Assembly (NCBI GenBank): GCA_963833985.1
Contig: CAWIAD010000001.1
Coordinates: forward strand, 1,536,001 to 1,600,000
Source: an uncultured Planctomycetaceae bacterium
GTDB lineage: Bacteria; Planctomycetota; Planctomycetia; Isosphaerales; Isosphaeraceae
Direction: 5' to 3'
Length of the DNA: 64,000 bases
Shown: positions 10,435 through 21,021 of the stretch, piece by piece
How the letters are laid out: each line of letters starts with the position of its first letter
Position numbering within the stretch: position 1 is the first letter of the stretch
The notes under the pieces: generated by a model
The model's input: only the letters and a program-made list of their open reading frames with translations
What the model was told of the DNA's origin: nothing
The model's database searches: none
Translations under genes and position numbers: made by a program

Positions 10435-11745
10435 CTAGCGAGCGCTCGCCGGGTGGAACAATGCCGCGACCTTCCTGGTTGGAGGCGTCAACGCCGCGCG
10501 GGGATCGGGTGCGTTGCCGTCAGGTCCGGGAGGCAGGGTGGGAAGCAGTTCTTCCAGGCTCTTGTGCTCGCCGGTGAGCGACTTCATGAAGGCCACCAGG
10601 TCCGCCGATTCCTGCTTCGTGAGCTTGAGCGGCTTGATGTCCGGATCGAGCGACGGGTTCGGGTTGCCTCCCTTGTCATAGTGCTCGACCACTTCCTCGA
10701 GCGTCTTCATGCTGCCGTCGTGCATGTACGGCCCGGTGAGCTCGATATCGCGAACCGTCGGCGTCTTGAACGCGCCGAGGTCGGCGTCGGTCTTGGCGCC
10801 GATGGGGACGGGGGCCCAGCGGCCAATGTCCTTGTGTTTCTTGGTGGCGGGGTCCCAGCCAACCCCCAGGTTGTGGAACAGCTCGTCGGTGAAGTTGGCT
10901 CCGACGTGGCAGACGGTGCACTTTGCTTTCTGGAGCTCGACGCCGTGCTTGAACTCGTCATCCGAGTTCAGCCGCAGTCCGAAAAGGACCATCCCGCGCT
11001 TCTCGCTCTCGGAGAGCGCATCGTTGTCCCCACGATTGTACTTGTCGTACCGCGAGTTGCCCGAAAGCGCGGCCACGCGCTCGAAGGTGGCAATGGCCTT
11101 GGCGGCGCCGTCGAGCGACACGTTCGTGCCGAAGACCTTCTCGAATTTGCTCTTGTAAGCGGGGATCTGGCGGAGCCGATCGACGATCTGCCGATGGGTC
11201 TGGTCGCCCATCTCGATGGGATTGATCATCGGGCCCTGCGCCTGTCCTTCCAGCGAGGGTGCCCGGCCGTCCCAGAACATGGTCTTGCCGTACACCGTGT
11301 TGATCACCGTGGGAGCGCTGCGGTTGCCGGTCTGACCTTTGATGCCCGTGGACACCGGCGCCCCATCGGTCCAGCCCTTCGCCGGGTTGTGGCAGGTGGC
11401 ACAGCTCACGGTTCCATCAAGCGAGACCCTGGGGTCGAAATAGAGTTGACGGCCCAGCTCGTACTTTCCTTTGGTGAGCGGATTGGCGGCCGGCACGACC
11501 ACCTTCGGCGTCAGCGGCTGAAGGCCCAGCGGAGGCTTGACCACGAGGGGTTCATCGGCGACAAGAGCCGGGTTGCAAACCTCGAACAGATAATAGGCAG
11601 GGCTGGTGGGATCTTCCTGCGGGGGCTTGTGGGGCTCCTCCTGTGCCGGAGCCAGGTTCCTGGAGCTGGCATGCCAGGCGCCAACCACCGCGAGCACCAG
11701 CACCACCGGGAGCAATGCCGCGATCGATCGCAAGAAACGTCGCAT
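10435..11745 (-). CDS. Di-heme cytochrome c peroxidase (bCcP/MauG family)
   Basis: Signal peptide, two CxxCH motifs (CATCH, CTVCH), GRQLYFDPR, FWDGRA, FKTPTVR and TGPYMHDGS. Confidence 0.93.
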   Translation of the reverse strand: MRRFLRSIAALLPVVLVLAVVGAWHASSRNLAPAQEEPHKPPQEDPTSPAYYLFEVCNPALVADEPLVVKPPLGLQPLTPKVVVPAANPLTKGKYELGRQLYFDPRVSLDGTVSCATCHNPAKGWTDGAPVSTGIKGQTGNRSAPTVINTVYGKTMFWDGRAPSLEGQAQGPMINPIEMGDQTHRQIVDRLRQIPAYKSKFEKVFGTNVSLDGAAKAIATFERVAALSGNSRYDKYNRGDNDALSESEKRGMVLFGLRLNSDDEFKHGVELQKAKCTVCHVGANFTDELFHNLGVGWDPATKKHKDIGRWAPVPIGAKTDADLGAFKTPTVRDIELTGPYMHDGSMKTLEEVVEHYDKGGNPNPSLDPDIKPLKLTKQESADLVAFMKSLTGEHKSLEELLPTLPPGPDGNAPDPRAALTPPTRKVAALFHPASAR

Positions 11746-11904
11746 GATCGTCTCCACTCAAAGAGCCTGCCGGTGCGTCTCGCCTCTTCGCAAAGCGCGC
11801 AGGGGGACCGAGGTGCTCTCCGGCACGAATGAAACGGGCGTCAAGTTGCACGGCATGCCAGCCACGACCTCGCAGGCGTGCCCGGCACCGACCGCCTGCC
11901 GCGA

Positions 11905-12276
11905 TTATTTCTTCTTGGCCAGCAAACCTTCCGCGTTCCGGTGGGCCTGGTCAACCAGGTCGTCCCACTTCTCCTCAACATACTGAGGGGGACCCCCCTT
12001 GACGGCCACATGGTAGGCCACGTCGATGGTGTCCACCATGTCGATGGCATCCCAGGGACAAACCTGGGCACAATGCTTGCAGCCGATGCAACGGTCCAGA
12101 TCGATGTCGCAGAAACCCTGCAAGCCGGGATACTCGCCTGGACTCACCTTGTAGATGCAGTCCACCGGGCAGACTTCCAGGCAGGCCTCGCATCCGGTAC
12201 AACCGTCCGCGTGAATGACAGCCAGGATCTTGGGAATCACCTTGCGTGGCTTGCCGGCCAGGGACGCTGCTGCCAT
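11905..12276 (-). CDS. 2x[4Fe-4S] dicluster ferredoxin
   Basis: CTGCEACLEVCP and CIGCKHCAQVCP. Confidence 0.93.
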   Translation of the reverse strand: MAAASLAGKPRKVIPKILAVIHADGCTGCEACLEVCPVDCIYKVSPGEYPGLQGFCDIDLDRCIGCKHCAQVCPWDAIDMVDTIDVAYHVAVKGGPPQYVEEKWDDLVDQAHRNAEGLLAKKK

Positions 12277-12553
12277 GTGTCTTGGATCTCCGCGGAAGAG
12301 CAAACAGAAACTCACCCTCATCCGTCGCCAGGGATCTGCCCGGCAAGGACGACGCCCGCTGGCCATCATGGCCAATTGTAACGGCAAACCCAGAGCAGAG
12401 CGATCAACTCCTCGGACGATTTCCGCTTATCAATAATCATTATCGTTTCGCACCGGGTGCTGGTCAAGCAGTTCTGCGGCCTTTCTCGCTGGTTTGGCGA
12501 GGGGACGAACGAGACGGCCGAACGCGGAGCGTTTCGCAGCGAGAGGAGAGGAC

Positions 12554-12964
12554 ATGAAGCAGATTCCCCGGCTGGGCATGCGGGCCGAGCAGCTCGTGCT
12601 CGTGGGACCGCAGAACCGGATCACCTTTACCGATGCTCGAATGCCTGCCGTGCTGGCCACACCCTGGCTGATCGCGCATCTCGAGTATGCCGCGCGAGAC
12701 GCGCTCGCGGTTTGCCTGGAGGACCATGAGCGCAGCGTGGGAACCTGGATTCAGGTGGAACATCTGGCCCCTGCAACCGAGGGAGCGACCGTCACCTGCA
12801 AGGCGCGTATCATCCACGTGAACGGGGCCGTCGTGACGTTCCAGGTGGAAGCGCACGACGGCATCGAACCGATTGCGAGGGGAATCCACAAGCGGCAGGT
12901 GATTGACGTGGATCGATTCGCGCGCAGGGTGAATCGGAAGCGAGAAGCGCTCGAAGGATTGTGA
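12554..12964 (+). CDS. Fluoroacetyl-CoA thioesterase (FlK)-like hotdog thioesterase
   Basis: VLATPWLIAHLE, SVG and VEHLAPA give the Thr-Glu-His triad; AGGAGAGG RBS. Confidence 0.88.
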   Translation: MKQIPRLGMRAEQLVLVGPQNRITFTDARMPAVLATPWLIAHLEYAARDALAVCLEDHERSVGTWIQVEHLAPATEGATVTCKARIIHVNGAVVTFQVEAHDGIEPIARGIHKRQVIDVDRFARRVNRKREALEGL

Positions 12965-13070
12965 TACGATCGGGAGCGACTCACGCCGCGGCGCAGCACG
13001 TAGATCCGAGCCCACCATCGCGCCGCGCTTTGCTTCTGGTGTTCCGCTCCGCGCGGAGAAAGGCACGACG

Positions 13071-15317
13071 ATGATCGGTCCATGCCTCGGGCGGCTGCTG
13101 ATTCTCCCCTTGGTACTGGCTCTGGCCGGCGCCGGCGGAGTCCCGTTTGCCTTCCGCAGTGCTACCCGCCGGGCTTGGCGTGGCCACGCACTTCACCGAC
13201 CCGGCACCCGGCGAGATGGAGCGGATGGCGGAAGCGGGCTGGGCCATGATCCGCACCGACCTGATCTGGCAGGCCGTGGAACGGACGCCAGGCCACTACG
13301 ACTTTGCAGCCTACGACCGGCTGCAAGCACAACTGAAGCACGCCGGGATCCGCCCCATGTTTATCCTGGATTACGGCAACCGCCTGTACGACGGCGGCCG
13401 ATCGCCGCACACGGCTCAGGCCCGCGCCGCCTTTGCCCGCTTCGCGGCCGCGGCCGCCGCCCATTTTCGCGGTCAGGGCGTGGTCTGGGAAATCTGGAAC
13501 GAGCCCAACATCGTCCAGTTCTGGAAGCCCGAGCCCGACGCGCAAGCCTACGCGCGGCTTGCAATGGAAACCGCGCAGGCAATCCGGGAAGCCGATCCTG
13601 AGGCCCTGATCCTGCGCCTGGCTCTTCCGAACTTCCCTGGAAGTACCTCGAAACCCTCTTCGCCGCCGGCTTGCTGGACCGGATCGATGGCGTTTCGGTG
13701 CACCCTTATCGCGGATCGCCTCCCGAGACGGCCCTGGCGGATTACGGGCGCCTGCGTGCCCTCATCGCGCGGCACGCCGCGCCAGCCAGGCGCATGCTGC
13801 CGATTGTCTCCTCGGAGTGGGGTTACTCCACGGCAAAAGGCGAGTTGAGCGAATCGCGACAGGCCGACTACCTGGCCCGGCAGTGGCTGGCAAATTATGC
13901 CGCGGGCGTGAACTTGTCCATTTTCTACGACTGGCGTGACGACGGCAACGACCCGGTTGAGCGCGAACACCGGTTCGGTACCGTCCGCCGTGGCTTCGAG
14001 CCCAAACCCTCTTTCCTGGCCGCACAACGGTTGATCCGGACGCTGCGCGGTTTCACGTTCCGGCATCGGCTGGCTGGCGGCTCACCGTCGGACTGGAGGC
14101 TGCTCTTCCAGAAGAGCGACGATCCGGATCAGCTCGTCCTGGTGGAATGGTCGGCCGACCCTCGCGCCGCGGCCGATCTGCAAACGCCCCGCTATCAGGC
14201 GTTGCGCGGCGACAGCGCCGCAGCCAGGCCCTTGCGTGCGCTGGCAGACGTGCGGTTCCCCGCCGGCCCACTGGCCGAAACACAAGGAGAGCCGGTTGAG
14301 CTGCCGCTTGTGGTGACCAACCCGCAGCGTCAACCGGCCCACGTTCGACTGATCGCGGAGGTGCCGGGGCAGACCGGGCAGAGCACGCGGGACTTGACCG
14401 TGGGTCCCGGAGAGCAGACCACCGCGTCGTTTGCTCTGCCGGGCGCCTCGCTGCGCACGGAGCACCGCCAGGTCCAGCTCAGCGTCCGCTGGAACGACGC
14501 CGCGCTGCCCGCGATGGCACCGCTCGAGGTCTGGCGCGCGGATCCGCTCTCCATCACCGCCGCGCCGCGGCAGAACGACCTGGAAGTCGCCGTTGAGAAC
14601 CCCGCGCGAACACTCTTCTCCGGCGAGCTGCACCTCCTTCCGGAGGATCATGGTACACAGGCGACAACCGTGCGGATCGAAGCGGGGCAGGATCGTGCGG
14701 TTTACCACCTTCCCCTCCGGGCCGGCGTTCACCGCGTGGCCTTGCTCGACGTAAAGAACCACCCGGTGGCAGAGCTCGAGCCCGTGCGATACCAGGCGGC
14801 GGAGGGATTCACCACCACCAGCCAGCCCTCGGGCAACTTTGATGCAATCCTGCATGTCAACAACGCTCCGCAGGCCCCGCGCCCGTTACCGGTCGTGGCC
14901 ACCGCTCGCGAAGCCCCGGCGCCGTCGGCCGTCGAGGTTTCCTACCGTTTTGACGCCGGCTGGCGCTACCTGGTCGTGGCGTCACGCCGGCCATTGGTGG
15001 TTCCCGGAGACGCCAGGGCCGCATTGATCTGGGTGCGCGGCAATGACTCGGGAAGTTTCCTGCGCAGCAGGCTTACCGACGCGACGGGCCAGACGTTCCA
15101 GCCCGACCTGGGCCGGCTCGACTGGCAAGGCTGGCGTCCCCTGCGCGTCGACCTGCACACGCTCGGCCGCGCCGGACACTGGGGAGGCGCCGGTGATGGG
15201 GTACCCCATGGCCCCTTGACGTGGGAAGCACTGCTCCTGATCGACTCATCGCGCAAGCCGCAAGCGCAGCAACAGTCGATCCAGGTCGCTTCACTGCTTT
15301 ACGAGCTGGGCGAATGA
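13071..15317 (+). CDS. Secreted clan GH-A glycoside hydrolase (GH5/GH39-like) with C-terminal beta-sandwich/CBM-like domains (frameshifts near 13146 and 13617)
   Basis: Signal peptide in the 13071 frame, WEIWNEPN acid/base in the 13147 frame, and SVHPY and SEWGY (nucleophile) in the 13671 frame. C-terminal WVRGNDSG...DWQGWR. Confidence 0.82.
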
Positions 15318-15348
15318 TCCCTCGGGTTCGCAGCCCTGTGGCCGGAAG

Positions 15349-15879
15349 TCAGCCCGCCCGTTCGCTGGCGAGATCGCGGTCGAACTCGCCAGAGCGATGC
15401 CGGCGCGCGTTCTCGACGTAATGCCGCCAGGTCCGCTCGATCCGTGCCGCAGCCGATTCGTCCACGGGGCGAACGACTCTCGCCGGCGAGCCGACCACAA
15501 GTGAGCCGGGCGGCACTTCCATCCCTTCCAGCAGAAGAGCCCCTGCGCCCACCACCGACCCGCTGCCAATGCGCACACGGTTCAGCAGAATGGCTCCCAT
15601 GCCTATCAGGCAGTCGTCCTCGACCACGCAGCCGTGCAGGATCACCCGGTGGCCCACGGTGACCCGGCTGCCGATCAGGCAGGGCACACCCGGATCGGCA
15701 TGGACCATCGTGAAGTCCTGGAGGTTGGTCCCGGCCCCGATCCGGATCCGCTCGGTATCACCCCGGATCACGGTGTGATACCAGACGCTGGCATCAGTTC
15801 CGATGTGGACATCGCCGAGCACGATCGCGCCGGGGGCGATGAAAACCGAAGGATCGATGAGGGGAGGCAAGGCGTCCAC
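15349..15879 (-). CDS. Gamma-carbonic anhydrase family (YrdA-like) hexapeptide-repeat protein
   Basis: IRGD, NLQD, and three His ligands in VHAD and VGHRVILHG; hexapeptide repeats. Start codon uncertain. Confidence 0.88.
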   Translation of the reverse strand: MDALPPLIDPSVFIAPGAIVLGDVHIGTDASVWYHTVIRGDTERIRIGAGTNLQDFTMVHADPGVPCLIGSRVTVGHRVILHGCVVEDDCLIGMGAILLNRVRIGSGSVVGAGALLLEGMEVPPGSLVVGSPARVVRPVDESAAARIERTWRHYVENARRHRSGEFDRDLASERAG

Positions 15880-16093
15880 TCCATTTTTTGTAACGGCCGG
15901 GAATCGGAGATCGCTCGAGCGCGCCGCTCGATCATGGCATACGGCCATCCCGGATTCTCACCGATTCCGCGGGCATCTGCCCCGGCTCAGCACAGCCGGC
16001 CACGGGGAATGTGGCCGGTTGTGCCGGCCCATCAGCCAGGCATCGCGGGAAACAAGAATGGATCGCCCGCGGGGTGTGTCCTTCTGTGCAGGA

Positions 16094-17287
16094 TCACGGG
16101 GCGAAGGCATAGACATTGCCGTCAGACCCCGCGACGTACAGCGATCCGTCGCTGAAGGCCATGACGCCAGAAACGGCGTACGACCATATGGCCTTCCTGC
16201 CGCCGATCGAGATTGCGTACGTCTCGGTACCCGTACTGGCGAAGACGAGATTATCAGTCACGATGAGCGGGCCAGCGAGCGATCCCGATGGCGGCGTCCA
16301 GGTCCAGACCGTCTTGCCGGTCGTCGCGGCCAGGACATTGAGCGCACCGTTGTTGACGACGTACAGGTGGCCCTTGGACAGGCTGGGCTGACCGGAGAAA
16401 CTACTGGTCAGGCTCCAGCGGATCTTCGGCGTATGGGTGCTGTCGAGCTGGGTATTCCAGGAAACCAGCCGGCCGCCGTTGATGGTGAACGCTTCGTGGT
16501 TTGGACCCAGCACCACCGCCGAATTCATGGTGTAGCCATTCCAGGAATAGACCGGGTCGACGACCTTCGCGGCCGTTGAGCCATCGCTCAGCTTGATCAT
16601 CGTGAAGACGCCCTCGATGGGCACGATGTCGCCGCTGCCGGTGTAAGCGTAGGCGTAGGTGCCGTCGATGGCGGGCGTCCAGCCGTCATACTGCGGCACC
16701 GTGCCGAACCAGTTCTGGTTGCCGGTCGAGGCGTTGTACGAGTACATGCCTCCGTAATAGCCGCCGCCGGTGTAGATGTTGGTGCCGTATGGTGTGGGGT
16801 TCAGATAGGTCTCCCATTGCGCCTGGTAGGAGGTGCTGAAAACGATCGCGCCGCTACTGGCGTCAAAGGCGTTCAGGTAGTTGCCGCCGACGTAGGTATT
16901 GCCGTCGCTCTGCACGAAGAACGTGTTGTTGGCGTAGGCCGGCGGGCTGGTTGTGTCGTTATTCGTGCCGAAGGCATGGTTCCAGAGCAGGCTCCCCGTG
17001 GACTGGTTGAGGGCCGTGACGCTCGTGTCGATGTTGAACCGAGCCTGGTTGGTGACGACCACGGTGCTGCCCCCGACGGCAATGCCATTGAGTGCATTGG
17101 CCGAGGCCTCTGCCTTCCATATCAGCTTGGCATGTGTGAAATTGTAATGTCCGGCGACATACCCGGTGTGTGCCGCGTTGCCCTGGTAGGTGGGCCAGTC
17201 AGCGCGGGCTTCAAGAAGCCCGGCACAGCAGGCCAGGCTGAGGACTCCAAGCAGCGCGCATCTCTGCGTGCGTCGGCAGATGCTCAT
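16094..17287 (-). CDS. Secreted PQQ-like (BamB-like) beta-propeller protein
   Basis: Signal peptide ARA-D, DWPTYQGNAAHTG, and repeated ALNxxTG...W blade motifs. Confidence 0.82.
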   Translation of the reverse strand: MSICRRTQRCALLGVLSLACCAGLLEARADWPTYQGNAAHTGYVAGHYNFTHAKLIWKAEASANALNGIAVGGSTVVVTNQARFNIDTSVTALNQSTGSLLWNHAFGTNNDTTSPPAYANNTFFVQSDGNTYVGGNYLNAFDASSGAIVFSTSYQAQWETYLNPTPYGTNIYTGGGYYGGMYSYNASTGNQNWFGTVPQYDGWTPAIDGTYAYAYTGSGDIVPIEGVFTMIKLSDGSTAAKVVDPVYSWNGYTMNSAVVLGPNHEAFTINGGRLVSWNTQLDSTHTPKIRWSLTSSFSGQPSLSKGHLYVVNNGALNVLAATTGKTVWTWTPPSGSLAGPLIVTDNLVFASTGTETYAISIGGRKAIWSYAVSGVMAFSDGSLYVAGSDGNVYAFAP

Positions 17288-17652
17288 CTTCGACTCCTGG
17301 ATGCAGGTTGTGGTCACGCCAGCCGACATCGCCCCGGACGCCGGCACCGAGCCGGAAGCTCACTCTCGCCGCTGAAAAGGTCCCGAACAGATTCGTGGAG
17401 AGTGAGCTTCCAAGAGGTGCAGGATTGTGGTTAGGGCCATGCATCAATGTCAAGACCATAGGCTGCCTCCATCAAATCTTCTCGCGATTCGCTGTTCCCA
17501 GGCAACTGGCCCCCTGGCCACAGGTCGTTCCGGAAAGCCGCCGGGCATTTTCCGAGAAAAAACGCAAGCGAGATCAGGAAAGAATAGACAGTTGCCGAAG
17601 CGGGAGGCTAAACTCGCACCGCAATTGTCGACTCTCATACAGGCAATCACTC

Positions 17653-17935
17653 GTGCCACCAACTTCCGTCAGTCTTCTCGATCGCCTGAGAGATGCGCCG
17701 CTGGATGCGGTGGACTGGGGCAGGCTGCAAAAGAGCGACCTGCCGTTGATCACGCGGTGGCCAGGGCGCATTCTGGGCTCGCTCACGAGACGGATGAACT
17801 CTCGCCATCGGCGGTGAACAAGCTGCCCTCGTTGCGTCCGAACTGGATCTCAATGTCAATTCCGTACGTCGGGCCAGGTTGCGCGTACTCAAGAGGCTGC
17901 GGGAAAACTCCGGCGAACTGCCCGGCGCGCTGGTA
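17653..17935 (+). pseudogene. Remnant of an ECF sigma-70 factor with an internal deletion
   Basis: N-terminal VPPTSVSLLDRLRD...DWGRLQ...PLITRW, then GLAHETDEL, abuts near 17800 a sigma4 tail in another frame, LAIGGEQAALVASELDLNVNSVRRARLRVLKRLRENSGEL. The middle of the protein is missing. Confidence 0.72.
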
Positions 17936-18026
17936 GATCCTCGGGACGAGAACGCCGATTGCGGTGCGGTGTGCGGTTCGCGGATCAGGAGCATAGCCGC
18001 CGAAGCGCGAGCAGGGGACCAGGCCC

Positions 18027-20837
18027 ATGCCGGACGCTCTTTCCCAACATCCCACAGATCAGACGCTCCGGTCCTTCTCCCGTAACACCCTGGACCGGCG
18101 CGAGGCGGACACAGTGCGGGAACATCTGGGGAGCTGCCGAGCCTGCCTCGTCCGGGTTGCGACCCTGACAGAGGAGCTGGCCCGCCAACGCCCGGCAAAA
18201 CTTCTTGAGCGTCCCGATTCTGCGCCTCCGGCGGGGTCGTCGCTGGATCTTGAAGTCAAGTTGCCTGCGAACGCGGACTCCGAGCCCGCGCTGGAGCCGG
18301 AAACGCTGCCGCCCGGGCTCGCGGAGCATCGAGATTACCGTATTGTCCGCGAGCTGGGCCGGGGTGGGATGGGCGTGGTGTACCTTGCCGAAAACCTGCT
18401 CCTGGGGCGCCACGAGGTGCTCAAGGTCATGGGCCGGAACATCATCGAGAAGCCCGGGGTGCTCGACCGTTTCCTGCGCGAGATCCGTTCCGTGGCGCAG
18501 CTGCGCCATCCCAACATCGTCGCGGGGTACTCCGCCTTTCGGCTGCCAGACAGCATCGTGTTCGCGATGGAATACGTGGAAGGATACGACCTGTCCAAGC
18601 TGGTGAAAGCCCGGGGAGCGCTTTCGATTGCCCATGCCGCGAATTTCGCGTACCAGGCGGCTCAGGGCTTGCAGCACGCGCACGAAGCAGGGATGGTCCA
18701 TCGCGACATCAAGCCCGGCAACCTGATGCTCTCCCGCCAGGGCGGCCGCGCCCTCATCAAGGTCCTCGATTTCGGCCTGGCCAAGGCCACCCGGGAGCAG
18801 CCGCTGGAGCGCAATCTGACCCACGAGGGACAGATGCTCGGCACGCCCGATTACATCGCTCCCGAGCAGACCCTGGATGCCCAGAGCGCCGATATCCGGG
18901 CCGACATCTACAGCCTGGGCTGCACGCTCTACTACCTGCTCAAGGGCGGCCCGCCGTTCCACGCGTCGAGCCTCTTCGAGATCCTCCAGGCGCATCAGTC
19001 GAAGGAGCCGGAACCCCTTGACAGAGTGCGGGCCGATGTGCCGGTGGAACTGACGAGAGTGCTCGCCAGGATGATGGCCAAGCGGCCGGAAGACCGTTTT
19101 CTGAATCCGGCGGAGGCGGCCCAGGCGCTGCGGCCGTTCTTCAAGGGTACCGGAACCTCGCCCGTTCGCTCCGTCGCAAGTCCTGCCGTGACGCCGCCGG
19201 CTCCACCACCGTCCGATTCCTGTTTGCCCGCGGGCCAGATCGCAACGGCTTCGCCAGCTTCACACGGGCCGCAGACCGCCCCGGGCCGCGCAGTGATCGC
19301 CTCCGGGCCAGGAACTGTCCCAAACATCGCTCTGGTCGACGAAATCCATGACACCGCAGAATCCTCGATGCCCTGGAAAAGCGTGCCCGTGTGGACCTGG
19401 CCTGGCGTGGGCGCGGTTCTGCTGCTGATCGCGGGGCTGTTCTTCCTGATCCCTGCGCGCTCCGCCCAGAAGCCGACCGCGGGCCGGAGCGAGCAAGCAG
19501 GCCAGGCTCACGAAGGCCCGGCCGCATCGTCTCCGGTGTTGACGGATCTGCCACGCCGCGATCATCCGGGCCCGGCGCCGGCGCCCAGCGACGCTCGCGG
19601 GCAAGCGGCTGCTCCACCAGCAAGAACCACCGAGCCAGCACACGCAGCGATCCCCAGCCCCGACAAGCTTGCCCTGGCGGAGAACGCATCCGCGACCGCC
19701 GCATCCGGCACAGAGAGCCGTTCGCCGTCCTTGCCCGGGGCGCCACCTCGGATCAGCCATGACACTCCCGACCTGCGGCCGGCATCGCTGCCGATTGTGC
19801 CGCCGCCTCCACCCCGGCCATTCCCCGCTGACGCAACGGCCCGGTTGAAGCTGCCTCCCGCGCTCGGTGATCGGGCAACCCCACACGATCTGCTGCGGCA
19901 TGCGGAGCGGGTGTTGATGCAGATGAAGTACATGAAACAACCCCAGAAGGATCGGATCCGTGTTCACGTGGTCGGCGACCTCGGCGCGTTACTCCGCAAC
20001 CCCAACCGCAAGGGCGGGCTGTCGGCTCAAATGCACGAGGTGGAGCGGATCAAGCAGGAAGTCGAGACGCTCGAGGACTCGTCCCTCAATCCGGCCAACC
20101 TCAGCAAGCTGAAAGAGGCCACCACTGCGCTGGAGTGCGCCGTGACGATGGTGAAGGAAGGCATCAAGGTGATCCTCCGCGAGCCGGCCGCTCGCACCGG
20201 TCAGCCCGCGGTCTCCGGGCTGCCGCACCGTGACGCTTCCTCCTGGCGGGTGAATCTGCTTCCCGTGAGCTTCAGGCTGACTGCCGAGGATGACGAACGT
20301 CCTCCCGGATCATTCTGGCCCGAGCTCAGCCTCACGCGGACAGAAGGCTGGCTGGTAGGCGATCCCGCCTCCATCAGGCAAACGAGCAAGGGGGTGATCC
20401 TGGAGGCGGGACGGGCCGGCAACCTGCTGTTGACGCGTAAGAGTGACTACACGAAGTGCCTGATCAGCATTCGCCTCGCCGCTTTTGCCGATTCGGAAGC
20501 CTACCTGGCCCTGCGTGCCGGGCGCGGGCCGGAGGGATGGCACGCGGTCACCTCTCGGATCGTCGGCCAGGATGGAGACGTGCGATCGGGATTCTGCTCC
20601 TTCGACTTCGAGACCAGGGAACGGGGCCACCAGGCCGCGGAGAAGCCCGCGGGCAAGACGTTCGCAATCCGGTTCGAGATCGATGACAAGGATTCTGCAC
20701 GCGTGTTCGTGAACGGGCAACAGACATCGACCGTGCTCCATCTTGGTGGTCCCGTGCCGGAGTACGTGGGCTCGGTCGGTCTGTTCGTCCGTACCGGGAA
20801 ACTGCAAATCGAAAGTGTGGAAGTGGCCGACAGGTAA
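18027..20837 (+). CDS. Membrane Ser/Thr protein kinase with N-terminal zf-HC2 zinc finger, Pro-rich linker and C-terminal DUF1080-like domain
   Basis: HLGSCRAC; LGRGGMGVVY, VLK, HRDIKPGN, DFG and GTPDYIAPE; TM segment GVGAVLLLIAGLFFLI. Confidence 0.93.
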   Translation: MPDALSQHPTDQTLRSFSRNTLDRREADTVREHLGSCRACLVRVATLTEELARQRPAKLLERPDSAPPAGSSLDLEVKLPANADSEPALEPETLPPGLAEHRDYRIVRELGRGGMGVVYLAENLLLGRHEVLKVMGRNIIEKPGVLDRFLREIRSVAQLRHPNIVAGYSAFRLPDSIVFAMEYVEGYDLSKLVKARGALSIAHAANFAYQAAQGLQHAHEAGMVHRDIKPGNLMLSRQGGRALIKVLDFGLAKATREQPLERNLTHEGQMLGTPDYIAPEQTLDAQSADIRADIYSLGCTLYYLLKGGPPFHASSLFEILQAHQSKEPEPLDRVRADVPVELTRVLARMMAKRPEDRFLNPAEAAQALRPFFKGTGTSPVRSVASPAVTPPAPPPSDSCLPAGQIATASPASHGPQTAPGRAVIASGPGTVPNIALVDEIHDTAESSMPWKSVPVWTWPGVGAVLLLIAGLFFLIPARSAQKPTAGRSEQAGQAHEGPAASSPVLTDLPRRDHPGPAPAPSDARGQAAAPPARTTEPAHAAIPSPDKLALAENASATAASGTESRSPSLPGAPPRISHDTPDLRPASLPIVPPPPPRPFPADATARLKLPPALGDRATPHDLLRHAERVLMQMKYMKQPQKDRIRVHVVGDLGALLRNPNRKGGLSAQMHEVERIKQEVETLEDSSLNPANLSKLKEATTALECAVTMVKEGIKVILREPAARTGQPAVSGLPHRDASSWRVNLLPVSFRLTAEDDERPPGSFWPELSLTRTEGWLVGDPASIRQTSKGVILEAGRAGNLLLTRKSDYTKCLISIRLAAFADSEAYLALRAGRGPEGWHAVTSRIVGQDGDVRSGFCSFDFETRERGHQAAEKPAGKTFAIRFEIDDKDSARVFVNGQQTSTVLHLGGPVPEYVGSVGLFVRTGKLQIESVEVADR

Positions 20838-21021
20838 GCCTCTTCTGGACCGGTCGTCCCTTTCCGCAACGGTCCTTTCGAGCCTCGAATTCTCCCCGAG
20901 GCCGACTCCAGGAAACATCTCCATTTTCATGTCAGGCGCGTCTGGCGGGTGGACTTCTCTTGCTGGTGTTTGTGCGATCGGATGGTTTCAAACTGGACAG
21001 GAGCCAAGAAGGGAGGGTCCC

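Noticed and set aside
10453..11832. 459-aa plus-strand ORF, and similar long antisense ORFs such as 35983-37875 and 61145-62785
   Set aside because: These are shadow ORFs opposite well-supported genes, expected at high GC, and carry no motifs.
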